A program made the position numbers and the translations under genes. From positions 256,001 to 320,000 of the forward strand of contig CAWGKG010000012.1 of assembly GCA_963823035.1 (NCBI GenBank): 64,000 bases of DNA, read 5' to 3'. The notes under the pieces are model-generated. The model made no database searches, was not told where the DNA came from, and saw only the letters and a list, made by a program, of their open reading frames with translations. The first letter of the stretch is position 1; every line of letters starts with the position of its first letter. The stretch is from an uncultured Gemmatimonadales bacterium. GTDB lineage: Bacteria > Gemmatimonadota > Gemmatimonadetes > Longimicrobiales > Gaopeijiaceae. Below, one piece after another: positions 10,606 to 22,866 of the stretch.

Positions 10606-11792
10606 GTGAAGCGGCGGGGATTCAACAGCTCACCACCGCGCACAGGCTCGCCCTCGGCGACGATCGCCGCGATCACCCGCCCCGCCTCGAAGGCGAAGGG
10701 GAGGCCGCCGCCGCTGAAGCCGGAGATCACGAGCTCGCCCGTGCGTCCGGGGAGGGGTCCCACGAGGGGGAGGTAGTCGGCGGTCCATCCGAAGATGCCG
10801 CTCCACCGCCGGAACACGCGCAGGGGCGCCTGGTCGGGGAACGTCGACTCGAACCACCCCTGGACCTGCTTCTGCAGGTGCAGGTCGACCTCGGGGCGGA
10901 GCTTCCAGTAGGAGCGGTCCCAGGCGTCGTGTCTCCAGCCGCCCAGGTGGAGTCGGCTGTCGGCGTCCCAGCGCCACACGTTGAGCTTCCACGGCGTGGC
11001 GAACGATCCGCCGAGGGTCGGAGCGCCGCTCTCGGTGATCATCCCCTGCCCGCGGATGGGCACGATCTCGTCACCGAGGAAGTTCGAGAAGCGGCGCGTG
11101 TCCACGTGCGTCGCGTACACGACCATCTCGGCCCGCACCTCTCCCATGTCCGTCTCGCACACCATCTCCCCGTCCCGTCGCCCCGTGTCCCCCACGTTGA
11201 CCCCCTCGAGGACGACGGCGCCGGCGTCGCGCGCGGCCTCCGCCAGCGCGAGCGTGGTGGGTCCGGGGTCGAGGGCGCCTCCTCCCTCGAGCCGATAGCC
11301 ACCGAGCAGACTCCGGCCGTGGCAGAGCTCACGCACCTGATCCGCGGACAGCCATTCGACCGGGAGGCCGGCGCGCTCCATCGCAGCGAAGGTGCTCTCC
11401 AGCTCGTGCAGCGTATGGGCATCGGCCAGCACGTGGCCCCCGGAGAGATCGAGACCGGCCGCCTTCTCGGCGCCCCGCCGACGCAGGAGGTGTGCGAGGC
11501 CGGAGACGGAGCGGAGGGCGAAGTCCCAGATCTCGCGGGCGACCTCCTCGCCGCGGAAGTGCACCGTTTCGTCGAAAGGCTGGCGCAGCGGCGGCGACAG
11601 CACGCCGATGGCGCGCGCGGTGGCGCCCTCCCCGATGCGCTCCCGCTCGAGCAGGAGCGTGTCCACCCCGGCCGTCGCCAGATGATAGGCCGCGGAGGCG
11701 CCCGCTATCCCGCCGCCCACCACGACCACGTCCGCCTTCCTGGGAAGCTCCCCCGGGAAACGGGGGTCGGAACCGCCGTTCGATTCGGTCAT
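10602..11792 (-). CDS. FAD-dependent oxidoreductase (DAO/PuuB-like)
   Basis: VVGGGIAG Rossmann motif, WSGIFGWTADYLPLVG, GFSGGG. Confidence 0.85.
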   Translation of the reverse strand: MTESNGGSDPRFPGELPRKADVVVVGGGIAGASAAYHLATAGVDTLLLERERIGEGATARAIGVLSPPLRQPFDETVHFRGEEVAREIWDFALRSVSGLAHLLRRRGAEKAAGLDLSGGHVLADAHTLHELESTFAAMERAGLPVEWLSADQVRELCHGRSLLGGYRLEGGGALDPGPTTLALAEAARDAGAVVLEGVNVGDTGRRDGEMVCETDMGEVRAEMVVYATHVDTRRFSNFLGDEIVPIRGQGMITESGAPTLGGSFATPWKLNVWRWDADSRLHLGGWRHDAWDRSYWKLRPEVDLHLQKQVQGWFESTFPDQAPLRVFRRWSGIFGWTADYLPLVGPLPGRTGELVISGFSGGGLPFAFEAGRVIAAIVAEGEPVRGGELLNPRRFT

Positions 11793-11941
11793 CGCTCGCC
11801 GTGAGGAACGGAGAAGGGGCAGGGGTGACCTGAATCTAAACGCATGCCCTACGTGCCGCACCGCGCCGTCCGCCCCCTTCGCGGAAGGGCGGGCGTGGGT
11901 AGATTCAGGAGGTCCTACCACCCGTTCTCGAGGAGGCACCG

Positions 11942-12115
11942 TTGAGCACTCCCCTGGCCATCCTCCTGGTCCTCGGGGTCGGCGTCCTCCTGACCTTCGG
12001 GGCGACGCGCGCGACGGCCAACGTCCGGCAGGGCCAGACGTTCCTGCGCTGGATGGTCGTGGTCTTCGTGACCTACCTGGCGCTGATCACCCTCCCGGTG
12101 GTCATCGGCTTCTGA
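11942..12115 (+). CDS. Small two-TM membrane protein (57 aa), absent from the ORF track
   Basis: GAGGAGG RBS, TTG start, MSTPLAILLVLGVGVLLTFGATRATANVRQGQTFLRWMVVVFVTYLALITLPVVIGF, host-like codon usage. Confidence 0.6.
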   Translation: MSTPLAILLVLGVGVLLTFGATRATANVRQGQTFLRWMVVVFVTYLALITLPVVIGF

Positions 12116-12134
12116 GGAGCCGCAGGAGCAAGAG

Positions 12135-12163
12135 AAGGGGCGGCCCCCGAAGGGACCGCCCCT
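12135..12163 (-). terminator. Rho-independent terminator of gdhA (possibly bidirectional)
   Basis: Minus strand AGGGGCGGTCCC-TTCG-GGGGCCGCCCCT followed by TCTCTT; UUCG tetraloop. Confidence 0.75.
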
Positions 12164-12195
12164 CACCCCGCAGGGCGTACTCCGATGCCGCGGGC

Positions 12196-14254
<2,059 letters not shown>

Positions 14255-14294
14255 CGCTACGCCCCCAGGGTCTGCAGCGGCATCGGGTGGGACC

Positions 14295-17267
14295 TCACGT
14301 CCCGACGGGCTTGATGAGCACGCCCCGACGCTCCGCGCCGTCCATGACGGCTACGGCGGGGGCGGGGAAGCGCAGCAGCCTGACCGGTCCCTGCGACGCG
14401 GTGGCGGGCATCGCCGCGAGCCACTCCCAGTCCACGAAGCCCTCGCCGGCGTGCGCGTTCACCGTGAAGTAGCCCACCCCGAGGGAGACCAGGCTCTGAT
14501 AGAAGTGCGTGCCCTGCGACGGGGTGACGCGGAAGTCCCGGAAGCCGGCCTCGACGATCACGCGGGCCCCGGAGATGTCCTCCCACTTCACGGGGATGCC
14601 GAGCCACGGCTGCGTCGATCCCCAACGTCCCACGCCGATGAGCCCGTAGGTGCGCCCCTCCGCGGTGAGGATTCCGTTGAAGTGGGCCACGGCCGACGCG
14701 ACCTCCGCGCTCTGGGACCGCTCGTAGAGGTCCCGGTCCACCACGATCCAGTCGGTGAGTCGATCGACCTTCCCGTGCCCGAGCGTGGACGGGCTCTGGC
14801 AGAAGAGCGCGCTCGCGAGGATAGCTCTCCGTGTCCACCCCGTCGTCGTCGCGGGCGATCGCGACCGGACGGAGCTGGAGGAAGCCCATCTCGGACAGCT
14901 CGCCCTTGCTGCCGAGCGTCGCGGCGAACTCGATCTCCACGGGGAGGCGGGTCCCCGCCATCCCCAGGATGAGCAGCTCGCGCAGGATCTCCGCGAGGGG
15001 AAAGACGTCGTGCTTCAGCACGGGCGCGAAGGTGACCAGGCGCACGCCCCGTCGGCCGATCCCGTCGTAGACGGCGTTGTTCTCGGCCGAAAAGGTGGAG
15101 GCGACCGGCGCGAGCGTGCCGTCCGCCTCGGCGTCGCGCAGCGAGCAGCGCACGAGGGGCCCGTCCGCGGCCCACCCCTCCTCCGGCGGCGACTTCGCCC
15201 AGGTGCAACGCCCAGAACTCCCGCTGCGCGCTCTCCAGCATCCCCTCCACCGATGAATGGTCGAGGATGTGTCCGGGGTGCGGGGGCGCGAAGCGGAGGC
15301 ATGGCTCCCCCTCCGCCACCGTCTTCCCCAGCCCGAGCGCGACGGCGGCGATGCCGTCCTCGGGGCGGGCCGGTGGCTGCGGGTAGTAGTTGTGCGAGCG
15401 GGCCACGCCGGCGATGTGCGGGTAGAAGCGGCTGCCGTGGCGGGCACCCACCACCCGCTGGATGATGACCGCCATCGCCTCCTCCTCGAGGCGATAGGGC
15501 GTCGCGTTGATGAAGGCGCGCGCCTTCCGACCGAAGGTGGTCGCGTACACGCGCTTGACCGCATCCACCAACTGGCGGAGCCGGACCTCGACGTCCGCCG
15601 CGTCGTTGGGGAGGATCCATGTGCCGTAGATCCCGGCCAGCGGCTGCTGGGGCGAGTCCTCCAGGAGGGAGGAGGAGCGCACGGCGATCGGGCTCGTCAC
15701 GACGCTCACGACCCTCTCGAGCGCCGCCACCACGTGTCCGGGCAACGGCGCCGCGAGAATCCGCGCCGAGCGTCTCGGCGTCGTCCTCGGACTGGAGCGC
15801 GAAGGAGCGGAGGTCGTTGTCGTCGAGGAACTCGTCGAAGACGCCCGTTCCCAGCACCACGGCGGCCGGCACGTCGATGCGTACGCCGGGAAAGCGCTCG
15901 GAGAGCCGCACCTCGTCGAGGAGGCGCGAGGCGAACGCCAGCCCCCTCCCCTTGCCGCCCAGCGAGCCGCCGCCGATCTGGACGATCCCCTCCTCGCCGT
16001 CGAAGAACTCCGCGCGGAAGGGGTTCACCGAGCCACGGTTCCGCTCCCGCCGGTAGCGGTCGATGTCGTGGATCAGCGAGTCCCGCAGCGCCTCCACGGT
16101 GGGGAAGTCGTCGAGGAGCCGCGGACGGAGCTGCGCCGCGAGGCCGAACTCGGCGCGGGCGCGCAGCCAGCGCGAGAAGTCGTGCCGGAGGGCGTGATAG
16201 GACACGCTCTCCCCGGGAATCGTCTTGAGCTTCGCGACCAACGCCTTGAGATCGGTGGCGCGCTCGAGCTCGTCGCCGGCCTCGTCGCGGAAGACGAAGT
16301 CGCCGAAGAAGAGGTGCTCGGAGAGGTAGCGCCGGAGCTGCTGCAGGAAGTCGGGAGAGCCCTTGAGGAGGAAGCCGACGTCCAGCTCCTCGGCGATGGC
16401 ACGGTTCTCCTCGTGCGACGACTGCAGCGAGATGGGCACCTCCGGCTCGAGCGCGCGGATCGCGCGGACGAGCGCCTGCCCCGCGTCCGGATCGGGCTCG
16501 CCGCCCCGTGGGAACTGCATGTCGCTGAACACGCCCATGATCGACGTGCGGTAGCGCTGGAAGTCCCGCAGGGCCCGCTCGTACGTCGTGGCCATGATGA
16601 TCTTCGGCCGGGCGCGCATGCGCATGATGCGCTGGAGCCGATTGCCCGCTTCGAACTGCACGGACTCCGAGAGGTTGTGGACCTCGGAGTAGATCACCGG
16701 GAGGAACGCGGAGTAGAAGCGGACGTTGTCCTCGACCACGAGGAAGACCGGCACGCCGATGCGCGTGTCGCGCTCCACGTTCAGGCGATCCTCCACCGCC
16801 TGGACGATGGCCATCAGGATGCGGGCGTCCCCCTGGTAGAGGAACGACGCGAGGATCCCGGTGTCGTCCAGGCGCTCCTCGACGGCGCGCAGCTCATCGC
16901 GGTCGTACGCCAGAAGGGTCACGGGGACCTTGATGCCCTCGTCGGCCATGGTGGCGGCGAGTTGCAGGGCGTTCATGTCGCCGAGATCGGGGCTCGTGAT
17001 GACCAGGTCCACCCGCCGGTGCCCGCCGCGGAGCATCTTGAGCGCCTCCCGGCCGGACGACACCCGCGTCAGGTCGGGGGGCTCACGCGGCGAGGCGTCC
17101 AGGAACTTCCCGAGCACGCGCTCGTGAAGGTGGCCGTCCTCGGCGAGGATGAAGGACTCGTACAGCGAGGACACCAGGAGCACGTGGCGTACCTGGTGGC
17201 TCATCAGGTCGCGGTAGCCGCCGGCGCGGCTCCCGTAGCGCTCGGAGAAGTCGAAGTAGGAGGACAT
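14295..17267 (-). CDS. Receiver-like domains fused to a PEP/pyruvate-binding (PPDK_N) domain (frameshifted)
   Basis: N-terminal receiver-like VLLVSSLY and LVVEDN; then GSLGGKGRGLAF, AVRSSSLLED, GVARSHNYYP, ALGLGKTV, GRWG and PSQGTHF across four ORF pieces. Confidence 0.8.
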
Positions 17268-17279
17268 GGGCTATCGGGC

Positions 17280-18950
17280 TCAGACGCGCGCGTCGCCACG
17301 TACGCCGCGACCGGCGAGATCGCCCGTGTGCTCTCCGTCGCGCAGCGTCACCACGCCGTTGACGACCACCACGGGGATGCCGACCGGATACTGGTGCGGG
17401 TTCTCGAAGGTGGCTCGATCCTCGACGGTGTCCGGATCGAAGGCGACCAGGTCGGCGTAGGCGCCCACCGCGATCCGCCCCCGGTCGCGGATGCCGAGCC
17501 TGCGCGCGGGCTCGGTCGTGCACTTGCGCACCGCCTCCTCGAGGGACAGCGCCTTCCGCTCGCGCACGTAGCGGCCCAGCACGCGCGGGAAGGTGCCATA
17601 GCCGCGGGGGTGTGGAGATCCCGAGCTCAGCGGCCCGTACGGCGCGTAGGCGCCCCCGTCCGAGCAGATGGCGCCGAGCGGGTGGGCGACCAGCTTCTCG
17701 ACGTTGTCCTCGTCCATGCCGTGGCCGATCATCCCCACGCCGCCGTGGTCGGCCTCGAGGAGTTGGACGGTCAGCGCGTACGGGTCCACGCCACGCTCGC
17801 GCGCGAGGTCGCCCATGCGCCTCCCCTTCGCCCACGGCGAGGCCTCGCCGGCCGACGTGATCTGCACGGCGTTCCAGTCCCCGAGGAGCGCGACCTTGTC
17901 GCGACACGCCCGTTCCAGCCGCGCCGCGGTCGCCGGGTCGCGCAGCCGCTTCAGGAAGGCGTCCGTGCCTCCGGCGCGCATCTCCGTCGGGAAGAGGTTG
18001 GTCAGCCCGGTCTGGTAGGCCGTGTACGGGTACACGTCGAAGGCGACCTGCACGCCGTCCGCGCGCGCCTTCGCGAGGAGGTCGAGGACCACGTCCTCCT
18101 TCCAGTAGTTCCTCTGCCCCTGAGCCTTCAGGTGCGAGATCTCGACGGACGCACCGCCCAGCCGGCCGACGAAGATCGCCTCCTCCACCGCCGCGAGGAG
18201 GCGGTCGTCCTCGTTGCGCATGTGCGAGGCGTAGGAATAGCCGGTGCCATGGAGCACGGAGGCGAGCTCGCCCAGCTCCGCCGAGTCGGCGAAGCCCGAA
18301 GGCGTATACTCGAGACCGCTCGACAGCCCCACACACCCGCCGTTCACCGCCCGGCGCACCTCCTCCTTCATGCGGACCAGCTCGGCCTCGGTGGCGGGTC
18401 GGTCCTGGTTGCCGACCACCAGGCCACGCACGGTGCCGTTGCCCACCATCGTGGCGACGTTCACCGCGGGCCGCAGGCGATCGATGCCGCCCAGGAACCC
18501 CGGGGGATCGCGGAAGTCGATCTCCGCGCCGCGTCGCCCGTAGCTCTCCCGCGTCTCCTGGAACTGCTCCTCCGACCACGGGCCCACCGAGCTGCCGTCC
18601 TGCCCCACGACCTCCAGCGTGACGCCCTGCCGGATGCGGCTCTCCGCCTTCGGCTCGATGAAGAGCGACATGTCGGCGTGGGAGTGGATGTCGAGGAAGC
18701 CCGGCGCGAGCGCGAGGCCGCGCAGGTCGAGCTCTTCTGCTCCGGCCGCGAGGCCCTTGCCCACCTCGGTGACGCGGTCGCCCGTGACGGCCACGTCGAG
18801 CTCGCGGCCGGGCGCACCGGTGCCGTCGAAGACGGTGGCGCCGCGCAGGACCAGGTCCGCGCGGCGGGGGCGTGCGTACGCGAGCCCCGGGGCGACGAGC
18901 GCGCCGGTGGCGGCCACGGTCGACGTGCGGGCGAAGGTGCGGCGGTCCAT
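17280..18950 (-). CDS. N-acyl-D-amino-acid deacylase (D-aminoacylase) with Tat signal
   Basis: MDRRTF twin-arginine leader, PGFLDIHSHAD, SHMRNE, HPRGYGTFPRVLG, GAYADLVAFD. Confidence 0.9.
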   Translation of the reverse strand: MDRRTFARTSTVAATGALVAPGLAYARPRRADLVLRGATVFDGTGAPGRELDVAVTGDRVTEVGKGLAAGAEELDLRGLALAPGFLDIHSHADMSLFIEPKAESRIRQGVTLEVVGQDGSSVGPWSEEQFQETRESYGRRGAEIDFRDPPGFLGGIDRLRPAVNVATMVGNGTVRGLVVGNQDRPATEAELVRMKEEVRRAVNGGCVGLSSGLEYTPSGFADSAELGELASVLHGTGYSYASHMRNEDDRLLAAVEEAIFVGRLGGASVEISHLKAQGQRNYWKEDVVLDLLAKARADGVQVAFDVYPYTAYQTGLTNLFPTEMRAGGTDAFLKRLRDPATAARLERACRDKVALLGDWNAVQITSAGEASPWAKGRRMGDLARERGVDPYALTVQLLEADHGGVGMIGHGMDEDNVEKLVAHPLGAICSDGGAYAPYGPLSSGSPHPRGYGTFPRVLGRYVRERKALSLEEAVRKCTTEPARRLGIRDRGRIAVGAYADLVAFDPDTVEDRATFENPHQYPVGIPVVVVNGVVTLRDGEHTGDLAGRGVRGDARV

Positions 18951-19122
18951 GGAGTTTCCCTGGGAGCGGGCCTTCCTGCGGCCCGCGTGGCTCGTCTCTT
19001 CACGCAACGGTATCAGGCCGGGGAGGCCGCGTCGAGCACGCGCCGACCCCGAACCCGTTGACGAGACCCGCCCATCCGGGCGTAACTGTGGAGTCGGTCG
19101 AATCCTGGCCCCCGGGAGAGCC

Positions 19123-19831
19123 ATGACGGAGAAGCGCTTCGATGACGAGGAGGTGGCGCTCATCCTGCGCCGGGCGCTCGACGCCGACGGCGGTCGCTCC
19201 GACGCCTCGGGTCTGACGCTGGGCCAGCTGAAGGAGATCGCCGTCGAGGTGGGGGTCGATCCCGCCCGCATGGAAGCCGCCGCCTTGGCCGTTCAGGCCG
19301 AACGGCGGCTCGGCACGTCGGCGCACGGGCGCGTCACGGCGCGCTACGACGTGCAGGTGGACGGCGAGCTACCGCCCGAGCAGACGGGGCGACATCGTGC
19401 GGGCCATCCGGGAGGCCACGGGCCGCCAGGGCGTCGTCACCTCCGAGATGGGCGCCCTGAGCTGGAAGGCGCAGGATGCGTTCGGCGGTCGCTACGTCAC
19501 CGTCACCTCCGGTGAAGGCACCACGCGCATCGAGGCGCTCGGCAACTTCCGTGACGGCGCGTTGGTGACCGCGGCGGGAGGCGGCACCGTGGGGATGGCG
19601 CTGACCGCCATGGTCCTCAAGGGGATGGGCCTCCTCGCCGCCATGGGTGGCGCTGCGCCGCTGGCGCTCGCGGCGGGGGCGACGCTTCCGGCGTGGCTCG
19701 TGTACCGTCGCTGGTACCGGAAGGAGGACGCCGCTCTGCGGCAGGCGGTCGCGCACATCGCAACGGAGGTGGGCGCCAGCACGCACGCGCGGCTCCCGGA
19801 GCCCGACGGCGACGGCACCCCGGAGAAGTGA
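19123..19831 (+). CDS. Hypothetical membrane protein (frameshift near 19390)
   Basis: MTEKRFDDEEVALILRRA...GLTLGQLKEIAVEVGVDP N-terminus continuing into ORF 19397-19831 with two TM segments. Confidence 0.65.
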
Positions 19832-19867
19832 TCGCGGGCGTCTTCCCGCGGGGACGGCTGCGACCGC

Positions 19868-20127
19868 TCAGCCGCGCCGCACCCTTCCGGGCTCGAGGCC
19901 GCCGGCATGCAGGATCTTCTCCTGGAGGCGGCGGGCCTCCTCGTCGGTGAACTCGAGCACCCTCTCGCAGCGAGGCGCGCACGGTGGCGTAGTCCTCCTC
20001 GGGGAAGTCCGATGCCCTCCGCGTGTCGAAGCGCGCCCTCCAGCTCGCCGAGCTCACGCTCGGCCTTCTCGGCCGCCCGACGGAGGCGGTTCAGCGCCTT
20101 GCGGGCCTCGGATTCGGCGGAGCTCAA
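19868..20127 (-). CDS. Small coiled-coil hypothetical protein (indels)
   Basis: GGAGG RBS; MSSAESEARKALNRLRRAAEKAERE...EEARRLQEKILHAGGLEPGRVRRG assembled from shifted frames. Confidence 0.5.
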
Positions 20128-20213
20128 GGTCGTACCTCCGTGGCAGTCGAACGGGCCGGGGGCGCCGCGCCGGCCCTGGAACGATTCCCCGAACCGGGGT
20201 AAGGCAAACGTCT

Positions 20214-21206
20214 ATGGACGAACGCTTCGAAATCCTGGTGGTGGGCGCCGGCCCCTGCGGCATCGCCGTCGGTGCGGCGGCGCGCAAGGCGGGCCTGTCG
20301 TGCGCCCTCTTCGACAAGGGATGCATCACCGCGTCCCTGGTCAACTACCCCTACTACATGACGTTCTTCAGCACCGCGCGGATGCTGGAGATCGGCGACG
20401 TTCCCTTCACGATCCCGACGGACAAGCCGACGCGGCGCGAAGCCCTGGCCTACTATCGCTTCGTGGTGCGGCATTGGGACATCGACGTGCGCCAGTACGA
20501 GGCCGTGACGGAGATCTCGGGGAGCGAGGGTGACTTCACCGTGCTCACCCGCAGGGCGGACGGAACCGAAGGGGTCTACCGCGCCGACGCCGTCGTGGTG
20601 GCGACGGGCGGCTTCCATCGCCCCAACCTCCTGGGCGTGCCCGGCGAGGACCTTCCCAAGGTGATCCACTACTACAAGGAGCCCTACCCGTTCTACGACC
20701 AGGACGTGCTGGTGGTGGGCGCGGGGAACTCCGCGGTCGAGTCGGCGCTCGAGATGTACCGCAACGGCGCCCGCGTCACCCTCGTGCATTTCCTGGACGC
20801 GATCGACCGGGGGGTGAAGCCGTGGGTGGTGCCCGACATCACCAACCGCCTGGAGAAGGGCGAGATCGCCGTGCACTGGCGCCACCGCGTGGCGCGCATC
20901 GAGCCGCACTCGGCGCTCCTCCGCAACGTGGATACGGGTGCGGCCGTCGCGATCGCGAACGACTTCGTGGTCGCCATGACCGGGTGGCGGGCCGACCCCA
21001 CCATGCTGCGCGACCTGGGCGTGTCGATCGACGAAGCGAGCGGCATCCCCGCGCACGATCCAACCACCATGGCCACGGACGCGCCGGGGATCTACATCGC
21101 GGGCGTCATCGCCGCGGGCCACGACGCCAACAAGATCTTCATCGAGAACGGCCGCGAGCACGGCGCTCGCATCGTGGCCCACCGTCGGGCGCTCGCCGGC
21201 GCGTAG
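20214..21206 (+). CDS. YpdA-family putative bacillithiol disulfide reductase
   Basis: GAGPCG, YPYYMTFFST, KPTRREALAYY, HYYKEP, VKPWVVPDI and IFIENGR motifs. Confidence 0.88.
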   Translation: MDERFEILVVGAGPCGIAVGAAARKAGLSCALFDKGCITASLVNYPYYMTFFSTARMLEIGDVPFTIPTDKPTRREALAYYRFVVRHWDIDVRQYEAVTEISGSEGDFTVLTRRADGTEGVYRADAVVVATGGFHRPNLLGVPGEDLPKVIHYYKEPYPFYDQDVLVVGAGNSAVESALEMYRNGARVTLVHFLDAIDRGVKPWVVPDITNRLEKGEIAVHWRHRVARIEPHSALLRNVDTGAAVAIANDFVVAMTGWRADPTMLRDLGVSIDEASGIPAHDPTTMATDAPGIYIAGVIAAGHDANKIFIENGREHGARIVAHRRALAGA

Positions 21207-21209
21207 CGC

Positions 21210-22377
21210 TCAGAACCGGGCGCTGAAGAGCCTGAGGCCCAGGCCCGGAACCCGACGGGGGCCACGGGGACCGTCCGCTTCGAGCATGACCGGGTAGGGC
21301 ATCGGCGTTCCCACGCTCCACCCGGCACCGTCGTGGTGCAGGAGCGCGCCGCCGGTCGGTGCGCTCGCAGCCTCGTGGGTCCGCAGGTCGTAGTCACGCG
21401 TGGCCCCGACCCCCAGGACCAGACCCAGGACGCTTCCGGCCAGCGGAATCGCGAGCGCCACCTTGTCGTTCTCCGGTTGGGTCAGGAGGTCCAGCCCCAC
21501 GCCACCGAGGCCGCCGATCACGCCGTAGATGCTCACCAGCCGCGCGCGGCTGCGGCTCGGGTTCCACTTGGGTGCCCCGAAGGCCGTCACCAGCAGCCCG
21601 ATGTCACCGCCCACGAGCGTGGCGGCGAGGAGGCCATCGCCGTCCAGGTCCCCGAGATCGCCGAGGGCGACCCCGAACCACGTCCCCCACAGGGCGCCGA
21701 AGTTCGCGGTCGTCGCCACGCCCGGAGAGATCGACTTCCGGGACAGGCGCTCGCCCACGGCGATTCCGGCGAGCCCACCGACGACCATCGCCGCGAACGC
21801 CTCCGACGTCCCGCCGTCGCCGGTGCACACGTCGCCGTTGCAGTCGTAGCCCTCGCCGAGGTCCATCACGTTCGCCCACCCCCCGGCCTGCCAGGTGCCC
21901 CACGTACCGCCGAGGGTGATCGCGCGGGCCTGCCCTTCGGTGATGTCGCGCGAGCGCGCGAGCATCTTACCCGCTACGAAGCCCGCCGGGCCTCCGAGAA
22001 GGAGCCCCACCCCGTAGGGCTCCGGTCCCTCGGCTCCGAAGGCGCTCGGTATCGGCGACCCCGAGCCAGAGCCCGTACACCGTGCTCCACACCTGGAGCT
22101 CGACCCTCCCGCCGCCGGCCGTGCCCTCCCGTCCCACCGTCTGGAGGCGGCTTCGCGCCTCCACCCCGGCGGGGGTGTCCGGGAAGTTGTCGATCACGAA
22201 GCGATAGAGGGCCCGTGCCACGTCCTCCTGGCCGTCGGCCGCGAAGCGGTCCGCAGCCTCGAGGAGCACGGCGGCGGAATCCGCGGCCGCGACCTGCGCC
22301 GACGCGTTTCGGGGGCGAACGCCCATCGCGAGGAGGCAGAGGAGGAGGAAGGGGAGTGCGGCGGGGATTCGCGGCAT
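21210..22377 (-). CDS. Exported/membrane hypothetical protein with a TPR-like N-terminus and glycine-rich TM repeats (frameshift near 22050)
   Basis: Signal peptide ending SAQ, ARALYRFVIDNFPDTPA, repeated GGTWGTW/GALWGTW. Confidence 0.55.
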
Positions 22378-22466
22378 GGCGGGGCACGCTCCATCGGGAC
22401 GTCCAGGGGACCGTTCGCGCTCCGTCTGGTACACGGAGGCCCCGGGATTGGATTCGGGGCCGTCTT

Positions 22467-22527
22467 CACTAGCAACGCTATTGACATCGGGGTGGTCCGC
22501 GACCAGAGTGCACTAACTCTGCTAGTG
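22467..22527 (+). promoter_or_regulatory. Sigma70 promoter of padR with two CACTA-N7-TA(G/T)TG operator-like palindromes
   Basis: TTGACA at 22481, 17-bp spacer, CAGAGT; CACTAgcaacgcTATTG at 22467-22483 and CACTAactctgcTAGTG at 22511-22527. Confidence 0.6.
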
Positions 22528-22536
22528 AGGTGACGG

Positions 22537-22866
22537 ATGACGCGACGGGGGCTGGGTGAGTTCGAGCAGCAGGTGCTGCTCACGATCCTGCACATGGGCG
22601 GGGAGGGGTACAGCGTGCCGATGGTGCTCGAGATGGAGGAGCGCGCCGGCCGCGAGGTGTCGCAGGCGGCGGTCTACATCGCGCTGCGTCGACTCGAGGA
22701 GAAGGGCCTGGTGTCTTCGCGCATGGAGCCGGGCGAGGAGACCGAGAGCGGGCGCGAGCGGCGATGGTTCAGCGTGACGCGCAGCGGGATGGAGGCGCTG
22801 CGCGAGACCCGGCGCACCATGGCCCGCTTCTGGGAAGGGCTCGACGGCCTCCTGGAGGAGCGGTGA
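22537..22866 (+). CDS. PadR-family transcriptional regulator
   Basis: LGEFEQQVLL, VYIALRRLEEKGLVSS and GRERRWFSVTRSG motifs; upstream of an ADOP permease. Confidence 0.9.
   Translation: MTRRGLGEFEQQVLLTILHMGGEGYSVPMVLEMEERAGREVSQAAVYIALRRLEEKGLVSSRMEPGEETESGRERRWFSVTRSGMEALRETRRTMARFWEGLDGLLEER

Noticed and set aside
16068..19061. Long + strand ORF of 997 aa, and similar antisense ORFs at 31788-34139 and 46791-49160
   Set aside because: Shadow ORFs opposite well-supported genes, typical of high-GC DNA, with no motifs.
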